Shown here: positions 57,676-64,000 of the stretch, piece by piece
Numbering within the stretch: position 1 is the stretch's first letter
Layout of the letters: each line of letters starts with the position of its first letter
Origin: Shigella phage ESh33
Sequence record: ON528743
Length of the DNA: 64,000 nucleotides
Direction: 5' to 3' (one strand)
Program-made: the position numbers and the translations under genes
The notes under the pieces: generated by a model
Database searches by the model: none
Told to the model about the DNA's origin: nothing
Seen by the model: only the letters and a program-made list of their open reading frames with translations

Positions 57676-57918
57676 ATGACAAAGCGTAAAGAATATATGG
57701 AGACTGCTGAAAAGGCAGTCCGTGAATTAGCAATAGCGTATTATAATGAACACGGTAAATTTCCTGATAGATATAGCGTGCTTAAATCTGCTTTAACTCG
57801 TTCATATAAAAATATGCTATCAGAAGTAAGTGATATTATATACAAACATAAAGAACAAACAGGTCAAAGTCTTGATTACGACGAGACTTTTAAACAAGTA
57901 CTAGGAATTAAGGAATAA
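57676..57918 (+). CDS. hypothetical protein, 80 aa
   Basis: ATG 57676 immediately after previous stop. Confidence 0.45.
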
Positions 57919-57919
57919 T

Positions 57920-58183
57920 ATGTTTAAAGTATATGGTTATGATAGCAACATCCATAAATGTGTGTATTGCGATAATGCAAAACGTCTCTTGACTGTGAAG
58001 AAACAGCCATTTGAATTTATCAACATTATGCCGGAAAAAGGTGTTTTTGATGATGAGAAAATCGCTGAGCTTCTGACGAAACTAGGTCGTGATACTCAAA
58101 TTGGTTTGACAATGCCACAAGTATTTGCTCCTGATGGAAGTCATATTGGTGGATTTGACCAATTGCGGGAATACTTTAAATGA
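57920..58183 (+). CDS. nrdC: glutaredoxin/thioredoxin NrdC
   Basis: 87 aa; MFKVYGYDSNIHKCVYCDNAKRLL with CVYC active site; matches T4 NrdC. Confidence 0.92.
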   Translation: MFKVYGYDSNIHKCVYCDNAKRLLTVKKQPFEFINIMPEKGVFDDEKIAELLTKLGRDTQIGLTMPQVFAPDGSHIGGFDQLREYFK

Positions 58184-58395
58184 TGCTCGAAGGAACTGAT
58201 TATATCCATGACTACCGCGGAAGCGCGGTATATGTAGGTGATGAGGTTACAGTTTATTACGGGTATGGAACTTTGATGACAGCAAAGGTTATTCAAATTA
58301 AAAATAATCGTGCTAAACTCGAAGTTTATTATTCTAACGGTGAAAAGTCTATTTCTAAATGGAAATATGGCGATTGCATGGTCAAACTGGGGTAA
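58180..58395 (+). CDS. hypothetical protein, 71 aa
   Basis: ATGA overlap with nrdC. Confidence 0.45.
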   Translation: MMLEGTDYIHDYRGSAVYVGDEVTVYYGYGTLMTAKVIQIKNNRAKLEVYYSNGEKSISKWKYGDCMVKLG

Positions 58396-58397
58396 AT

Positions 58398-58568
58398 ATG
58401 ATTTACGATATTAGTGTATCAAGAACTCCGTCAATGGTTACTATTCCAGCCGAAGAATTAGATCGTCTTCAGAAAATTGAAGAGCTTCTTTGGGAAATTG
58501 AATCTGATTTGCCATCAGGACTAGAATCTTGGATTGATTATGAAGAACTTAATAAATTGCGAAATTAA
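58398..58568 (+). CDS. small hypothetical protein, 56 aa
   Basis: ATG 58398 after GGGGTAAAT. Confidence 0.4.
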   Translation: MIYDISVSRTPSMVTIPAEELDRLQKIEELLWEIESDLPSGLESWIDYEELNKLRN

Positions 58569-58578
58569 TTGGTGAAAA

Positions 58579-58899
58579 ATGAATATTGAAAATAAATTAG
58601 ATGTTGATGCAGTTCTGAGCGAAATCATCGAAGACCATGATGCATTTTCAGAAAATTATGATTTCGATTTTTCGGATTATCTTAAACCTATCGAAATAGA
58701 AGACTGGGTGCAAGATGGTAAATGCCAATATCGTCAGTGTGTTTATTTTAGTCCAAAACATAACGTTCATGTGTCTGTAAATGAATCTCGCTCAGGTTCT
58801 TACCATTCTGACTGGTATTATGCAGTTCCGACTGTTGAACTAGTCGAGCCCCGTGAACGTGTAGTAACTCAGACAGTACGAGAATGGATTACGCTATAA
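58579..58899 (+). CDS. hypothetical protein, 106 aa
   Basis: ORF with acidic N-terminus. Confidence 0.45.
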   Translation: MNIENKLDVDAVLSEIIEDHDAFSENYDFDFSDYLKPIEIEDWVQDGKCQYRQCVYFSPKHNVHVSVNESRSGSYHSDWYYAVPTVELVEPRERVVTQTVREWITL

Positions 58900-58952
58900 A
58901 ACCTTGGTGGGCGGCTAGATGGGAAACAGTAGAGCCAGAGCCGGAAGAACCG

Positions 58953-58982
58953 GTTTACACTGATGAAGAAACAGTATATAAT
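58953..58982 (+). promoter_or_regulatory. early promoter (GTTTAC N18 TATAAT)
   Basis: GTTTAC 58953-58958; TATAAT 58977-58982. Confidence 0.5.
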
Positions 58983-59022
58983 GAACCGACGATAAATGAC
59001 TTAATTGATATGGAGATGGGGT

Positions 59023-59469
59023 ATGATTGCAGTAGATAAGTGGTTTAGAATTAATCGTGCTGATAAAGGGCTGTGTAATTACTGGCCGGAACTTAGTGCA
59101 GGTACTGTCTTTAAAGTTCGTGAACTTGCAAAAGAATGCGAAGATGATATAGAACCTGATACTGGAATTATTGAAATTGAACTTTCTGATGGAAAGATTA
59201 TTAACATCTACGATAAGCCAATTACGTATTGGTGCTTGTGGAATACTGAATCCGCAGAAAATGGCGAAATTGAAGAAGTTGTAGAACGAATTGATCAAGT
59301 TCTTCATAAACCTAAAGCTGGATTTCAGGGTGAACGCATTTCATATGCATTATCTAAATCGGCGTTGAAAAAAGATATTGATGATTACGAAGGAAATTTA
59401 ATGCAAGCCGCGGCAGAATATATTGAATGGCTTGAAACTCAAATTTCTTTTTCTGACCGAGCGTTTTAA
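59023..59469 (+). CDS. hypothetical protein, 148 aa
   Basis: ATG 59023 after GGAGATGGGGT (track start is upstream TTG). Confidence 0.45.
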   Translation: MIAVDKWFRINRADKGLCNYWPELSAGTVFKVRELAKECEDDIEPDTGIIEIELSDGKIINIYDKPITYWCLWNTESAENGEIEEVVERIDQVLHKPKAGFQGERISYALSKSALKKDIDDYEGNLMQAAAEYIEWLETQISFSDRAF

Positions 59470-59645
59470 TGAAAACCGAATTAATTTATACTGAAAAGTT
59501 AAATGGTGGTAAGGTTTGGAAACTTTTTATTAAAGGAAGTCCTACTGACCCTAATATGACCACTTGTATAGGAACTTATTCTCGTCCTACTAAAAAGATG
59601 ATTCGACAATATAAGCGATTGCATCGAATGTTTTACAATACTTGA
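59469..59645 (+). CDS. small basic protein, 58 aa
   Basis: TAATG overlap; MKTELIYTEKLNGGKVWKLFIKG...; below track cutoff. Confidence 0.4.
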   Translation: MKTELIYTEKLNGGKVWKLFIKGSPTDPNMTTCIGTYSRPTKKMIRQYKRLHRMFYNT

Positions 59646-59687
59646 AAATAATAAATACCCTTATCTATTTAAGGTAAGGGTTTTATT

Positions 59688-60161
59688 ATGTTATTGACTG
59701 GCAAATTATACAAAGAAGAAAAACAGAAATTTTATGATGCACAAAACGGTAAATGCTTAATTTGCCAACGAGAACTAAATCCTGATGTTCAAGCTAATCA
59801 CCTTGACCATGACCATGAATTAAATGGACCAAAAGCAGGAAAGGTACGTGGATTGCTCTGTAATCTCTGCAATGCTGCGGAAGGTCAAATGAAGCATAAA
59901 TTTAATCGTTCTGGCTTAAAGGGACAAGGTGTTGATTATCTTGAATGGTTAGAAAATTTACTTACTTATTTAAAATCCGATTACACCCAAAATAATATTC
60001 ACCCTAACTTCGTTGGAGATAAATCAAAGGAATTTTCTCGTTTAGGAAAAGAGGAAATGATGGCTGAGATGCTTCAAAGAGGATTTGAATATAATGAATC
60101 TGACACTAAAACACAATTAATAGCTTCATTTAAGAAGCAGCTTAGAAAGAGTTTAAAATGA
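59688..60161 (+). CDS. 49: endonuclease VII (Holliday junction resolvase) gp49
   Basis: 157 aa; MLLTGKLYKEEKQKFYDAQNGKCLICQRELNPDVQANHLDHDHELNG matches T4 endo VII. Confidence 0.95.
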   Translation: MLLTGKLYKEEKQKFYDAQNGKCLICQRELNPDVQANHLDHDHELNGPKAGKVRGLLCNLCNAAEGQMKHKFNRSGLKGQGVDYLEWLENLLTYLKSDYTQNNIHPNFVGDKSKEFSRLGKEEMMAEMLQRGFEYNESDTKTQLIASFKKQLRKSLK

Positions 60162-61975
60162 CAATTGAAAAAGAAATTGAAGGATTGATTCATAAAACTA
60201 ATAAAGACCTTTTGAACGAGAATGCTAATAAAGATTCTCGTGTTTTTCCAACTCAACGGGACCTTATGGCTGGTATTGTGTCTAAACACATTGCCAAAAA
60301 TATGGTCCCGTCTTTTATTATGAAAGCGCATGAAAGCGGAATTATTCATTTCCATGATATTGATTATTCCCCTGCTCTTCCATTTACTAATTGCTGTTTA
60401 GTAGATTTAAAAGGAATGCTTGAGAACGGATTTAAGCTCGGTAATGCACAGATTGAAACTCCTAAATCAATCGGTGTTGCTACTGCAATTATGGCACAAA
60501 TTACTGCACAGGTTGCTTCCCATCAATACGGTGGAACGACTTTTGCAAATGTAGACAAAGTCCTTTCTCCTTATGTTAAACGCACCTATGCAAAACATAT
60601 TGAGGATGCAGAAAAATGGCAAATCGCTGATGCGTTGAATTATGCCCAATCTAAAACAGAAAAAGACGTATACGATGCGTTCCAAGCTTATGAATATGAA
60701 GTAAATACTCTCTTTAGTTCAAATGGACAAACGCCTTTTGTAACAATTACATTTGGCACGGGAACTGACTGGACTGAACGAATGATTCAGAAAGCAATTC
60801 TGAAAAATCGTATTAAAGGCCTTGGTCGCGATGGGATAACTCCTATTTTCCCTAAGCTTGTTATGTTCGTTGAAGAAGGTGTTAATCTTTATAAAGACGA
60901 TCCGAACTATGATATTAAGCAGCTTGCTCTAGAGTGTGCAAGCAAAAGAATGTATCCTGATATTATTTCAGCTAAGAACAATAAAGCTATCACAGGTTCA
61001 TCTATTCCTGTTTCTCCAATGGGTTGCCGCAGTTTCTTGAGCGTATGGAAAGATTCGACTGGTAATGAAATTCTTGATGGACGTAATAATCTTGGCGTTG
61101 TAACACTGAATCTTCCTCGTATTGCATTAGATTCTTATATTGGAACACAGTTCAATGAACAGAAATTTGCCGAATTGTTCAATGAACGAATGGATTTGTG
61201 TTTTGAAGCATTGATGTGTAGAATTAGTTCATTAAAAGGAGTTAAAGCTACTGTTGCTCCTATTCTTTACCAAGAAGGTGCATTCGGGGTTCGTCTTAAA
61301 CCCGATGATGATATAATTGAGTTATTTAAAAACGGTAGAAGTTCAGTGTCCTTAGGATACATTGGTATTCACGAATTGAATATTCTTGTCGGTCGTGATA
61401 TTGGACAGGAAATTTTAACTAAAATGAATGCTCGTCTTAAGCAGTGGACTGAAAGAACTGGTTTTGCTTTTAGCTTGTATTCTACACCTGCTGAAAACCT
61501 TTGTTATCGCTTCTGTAAACTTGATACTGAGAAATATGGAAGTGTAAAGGATGTTACTGATAAAGGCTGGTACACTAACAGTTTCCACGTTTCAGTAGAA
61601 GAAAATATTACTCCGTTTGAAAAGATTTCTCGCGAAGCCCCATATCATTTCATTGCGACAGGCGGTCACATTTCTTATGTTGAACTTCCTGATATGAAAA
61701 ATAACCTAAAAGGTCTTGAGGCTGTATGGGATTATGCTGCACAACATTTAGATTATTTTGGTGTTAACATGCCAGTAGATAAATGTTTTACGTGTGGAAG
61801 TACCCATGAAATGACTCCTACTGAAAACGGGTTTGTTTGTTCTATTTGTGGAGAAACTGATCCTAAAAAGATGAACACAATAAGAAGAACTTGTGGTTAT
61901 TTGGGAAATCCGAACGAACGTGGATTTAATCTCGGCAAAAATAAAGAAATCATGCATAGGGTTAAACACCAATGA
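60158..61975 (+). CDS. nrdD: anaerobic ribonucleoside-triphosphate reductase NrdD (uninterrupted)
   Basis: 605 aa continuous ORF; C-terminal glycyl radical region and CxxC...CxxC zinc ribbon (CFTCGSTHEM...CSICGETD). Confidence 0.95.
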   Translation: MTIEKEIEGLIHKTNKDLLNENANKDSRVFPTQRDLMAGIVSKHIAKNMVPSFIMKAHESGIIHFHDIDYSPALPFTNCCLVDLKGMLENGFKLGNAQIETPKSIGVATAIMAQITAQVASHQYGGTTFANVDKVLSPYVKRTYAKHIEDAEKWQIADALNYAQSKTEKDVYDAFQAYEYEVNTLFSSNGQTPFVTITFGTGTDWTERMIQKAILKNRIKGLGRDGITPIFPKLVMFVEEGVNLYKDDPNYDIKQLALECASKRMYPDIISAKNNKAITGSSIPVSPMGCRSFLSVWKDSTGNEILDGRNNLGVVTLNLPRIALDSYIGTQFNEQKFAELFNERMDLCFEALMCRISSLKGVKATVAPILYQEGAFGVRLKPDDDIIELFKNGRSSVSLGYIGIHELNILVGRDIGQEILTKMNARLKQWTERTGFAFSLYSTPAENLCYRFCKLDTEKYGSVKDVTDKGWYTNSFHVSVEENITPFEKISREAPYHFIATGGHISYVELPDMKNNLKGLEAVWDYAAQHLDYFGVNMPVDKCFTCGSTHEMTPTENGFVCSICGETDPKKMNTIRRTCGYLGNPNERGFNLGKNKEIMHRVKHQ

Positions 61976-62442
61976 ATTATGATAGATTTTATCCTTGCGA
62001 TTTTGTGAATGGCCCTGGATGCAGGGTCGTTCTTTTCGTTACAGGTTGTTTGCATAAATGTGAAGGGTGTTATAATAAATCAACATGGAACGCTAGAAAT
62101 GGCGTTCCATTCACTGGTGAAACACTAGAACAATTAATTGAATGTTTGAATAATGATTATATAGAAGGATTAACTATAACTGGAGGAGACCCTCTCTATC
62201 CTGATAACCGAGATGTTGTTCATTGCATTGTTCAAACAGTAAAAAATTTTTATCCCAATAAAAGCATTTGGTTGTGGACAGGATATAAATTTGAAGATAT
62301 TAAACAACTAGAAATGCTTAAATATGTTGATGTTATTATTGATGGGAAGTATGAGAAAAATCTTCCGACCAAAAAGCTGTGGCGAGGATCAGATAATCAG
62401 CGACTTTGGTCAAATACCGATGGGGTGTGGAAACATGATTAA
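61972..62442 (+). CDS. nrdG: anaerobic RNR activating protein NrdG (radical SAM)
   Basis: 156 aa; CLHKCEGCYN radical-SAM cysteine motif; ATGA overlap with nrdD. Confidence 0.92.
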   Translation: MNYDRFYPCDFVNGPGCRVVLFVTGCLHKCEGCYNKSTWNARNGVPFTGETLEQLIECLNNDYIEGLTITGGDPLYPDNRDVVHCIVQTVKNFYPNKSIWLWTGYKFEDIKQLEMLKYVDVIIDGKYEKNLPTKKLWRGSDNQRLWSNTDGVWKHD

Positions 62443-62556
62443 ATTGAATTATATTATGGACACTATAAATGATATGATTTTTCATTTTGGTCCAGAATTT
62501 TATTCGCAATATAGTTTAGTGCTTATCAATGCTTGGTTAATCAATTAAGGGTAAAT

Positions 62557-62769
62557 ATGTATAAATTTCGTAAAGGTTTAGCTGATTTTCTTACAACCGT
62601 AACATTCTTTTTGTTTATGGCAGTTGGAGCTATTTTCCTTATTCCTTTTATTGCTATATTTTTCGTGATTAGTTTGATTTCTCCAGAAAAAGGACTATCT
62701 TCTAGTGAGTTCAATGAGCGTCTGGATAAAATTACTAATAAGCTGAATGCTGCTCTTAGTAAGGAATAG
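62557..62769 (+). CDS. small membrane protein, 70 aa
   Basis: ATG 62557; TM helix TTVTFFLFMAVGAIFLIPFIAIFFVISLI. Confidence 0.45.
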   Translation: MYKFRKGLADFLTTVTFFLFMAVGAIFLIPFIAIFFVISLISPEKGLSSSEFNERLDKITNKLNAALSKE

Positions 62770-62771
62770 TT

Positions 62772-63080
62772 GTGAAACAAAACAAGATTGAAGTCTATGG
62801 AATTCCAGATGAAGTAGGTCGTTGTCCTGGATGTCAATCAGTTACAAAACTTCTAAAGGAGCTCAATGCTCCTTTTACTTTCTATAAAGTTCTTACAAAT
62901 AATGGTAAGATTGAGTATGATCGTCCACTGATTGTATCTCTTGCTAAACGCGCTGGATTCACATCTCTTAACATTCGTTATCCAGTCATTTTCATCAATG
63001 ATTCTAGACAAAAGAACATTAAACACTTCAAAGAAACTCTCATTTCACTTGGATATGATAGAGATATCATAGAAGACTAA
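62772..63080 (+). CDS. nrdH: glutaredoxin-like NrdH
   Basis: 102 aa with CPGC redox motif; apparent GTG start; position after nrdG as in T4. Confidence 0.8.
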   Translation: MKQNKIEVYGIPDEVGRCPGCQSVTKLLKELNAPFTFYKVLTNNGKIEYDRPLIVSLAKRAGFTSLNIRYPVIFINDSRQKNIKHFKETLISLGYDRDIIED

Positions 63081-63083
63081 GAC

Positions 63084-63105
63084 GGGCCCTCTGGGCCTTT
63101 CTTTC
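63084..63105 (+). terminator. hairpin GGCCC-TCT-GGGCC followed by TTTCTTTCT (probable terminator)
   Basis: GC stem then T-rich run after nrdH stop. Confidence 0.45.
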
Positions 63106-63163
63106 TCGCATTCTGTATATTACCATTCTAAGCTATCGTTCCCTAAAATAATTTCACAAAGTT

Positions 63164-63193
63164 GTTTACAAGAAGTTCAAACTGTGGTATTAT
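63164..63193 (+). promoter_or_regulatory. early promoter (GTTTAC N18 TATTAT) with AATAATTTCACAAAG upstream element
   Basis: Same upstream element as at 30857-30871. Confidence 0.5.
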
Positions 63194-63223
63194 TAACATA
63201 TGAATTGCCTTTGAGGATTTGAT

Positions 63224-63400
63224 ATGGTTGATAAAGAGATTAAAAAGGATCAGTATTATCGTGTTAACGGACATATTGTTATTGTTACAGCAGTAGATGA
63301 TCTAGATGTTCATTATACTGTACTTAAATGGAATAAACAGATGATTTGCGATCGTGCTGTATTTAGTTCAGTTGCTAAGGAAATTAAACTCCATGGGTAA
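63224..63400 (+). CDS. small hypothetical protein, 58 aa
   Basis: ATG after GAGGATTTGAT; below track cutoff. Confidence 0.4.
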   Translation: MVDKEIKKDQYYRVNGHIVIVTAVDDLDVHYTVLKWNKQMICDRAVFSSVAKEIKLHG

Positions 63401-63686
63401 AACGTATCGTCGTAAAGATTTAAAAGTACGTGATTATGACTATTTCGGAAAGCGTAAAGCTCCTGATGGTGTAAGTCATAAAGATATGGTTGAAAACATT
63501 TTTCGCTCAGATAAATGGCGTAGAATGAAAGGCATTGATTCAGAAGTTAAAGATGAGTTAAATCGTCAATTACGTGGTGAAGTAAGAAAGTTGAAAAAAT
63601 CAGTTTACATTGACGATGATTTTGATTACAATACTTCTCAACGAGTTGCTAAGCGTAAATCAAACGAGTGCTATCGTTACAGCTGA
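63393..63686 (+). CDS. basic hypothetical protein, 97 aa
   Basis: ATG 63393 (MGKTYRRKDLKVRDYDYFGKRK...). Confidence 0.45.
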   Translation: MGKTYRRKDLKVRDYDYFGKRKAPDGVSHKDMVENIFRSDKWRRMKGIDSEVKDELNRQLRGEVRKLKKSVYIDDDFDYNTSQRVAKRKSNECYRYS

Positions 63687-63693
63687 GGAAAAT

Positions 63694-63825
63694 ATGAATA
63701 TCAAACGCATGCTTTTTAAACAGGGATTATATACTTTAAATGTTGCTCCAAAAGGCGATACGACCAAGTGGTCAGTAAATGACTGGATTAAATTTATTGA
63801 TGAAAATGGTAATTGGAAAATTTAA
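63694..63825 (+). CDS. small hypothetical protein, 43 aa
   Basis: ATG after GAGGAAAATATG. Confidence 0.35.
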   Translation: MNIKRMLFKQGLYTLNVAPKGDTTKWSVNDWIKFIDENGNWKI

Positions 63826-64000
63826 ATGAATCCTGAATCTAAATTATCGCAACGAATTGCTGAAGCTCGTCGCCAGTTCTTTGAAAATATGATAGACCAG
63901 GGTATTGATGACGAAGTTTTTCTGAACTGGTTTTGGAATCACAAATATTCAAAATGCGCAGGAGCAATATTAATATCAGCCGCAATGATGTACGAAGGCT
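63826..64000 (+). CDS. hypothetical protein, 5' part (continues past window end)
   Basis: ATG 63826 overlapping previous stop; open to end of window. Confidence 0.4.
   Translation, partial: MNPESKLSQRIAEARRQFFENMIDQGIDDEVFLNWFWNHKYSKCAGAILISAAMMYEG

Noticed and set aside
58884-59021. 46-aa ORF in the -1 frame spanning the 58953 early promoter
   Set aside because: Overlaps the previous gene's 3' end and contains the promoter for the next gene; too short and without clear RBS to call.

Overview
This window is a contiguous segment of a T4-like (Tequatrovirus-type) myophage genome. It is not T4 itself: the lysozyme and fibritin foldon differ from T4 at a few residues, nrdD is uninterrupted, and the tRNA array has eleven genes and no segB. 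Positions 1-27438 are the late structural/packaging module on the minus strand (gp22 partial, gp21, gp68, gp67, gp20 portal, gp19, gp18, gp17/gp16 terminase, gp15, gp14, gp13, fibritin, gp12, gp11-gp6, gp5.4, a GIY-YIG homing endonuclease, gp5.1, gp5, gp53). Positions 27486-64000 are plus strand: gp4, gp2, gp3, gp1, gp57A, gp57B (Acb1), IPI, the tRNA array, then a long early-gene accessory region with recognisable landmarks (nudE, lysozyme e, denV, regB, tk, rI, nrdC, endonuclease VII, nrdD, nrdG, nrdH) interspersed with many small ORFs. Protein identifications rest on recalled T4 protein sequences, lengths and gene order plus motifs read by eye; nothing was searched or folded. The most interesting candidates are a GC-rich structured non-coding segment after the tRNA array (34140-34475), extra capsid-targeting-sequence internal proteins, a nucleotidyltransferase-fold protein next to an AAA+ ATPase, a tandem array of four divergent paralogs with coiled-coil C-termini, and repeated promoter/hairpin cassettes. 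No CRISPR array, integrase or transposase was seen. Unlisted ORF-track entries are treated as shadow ORFs.
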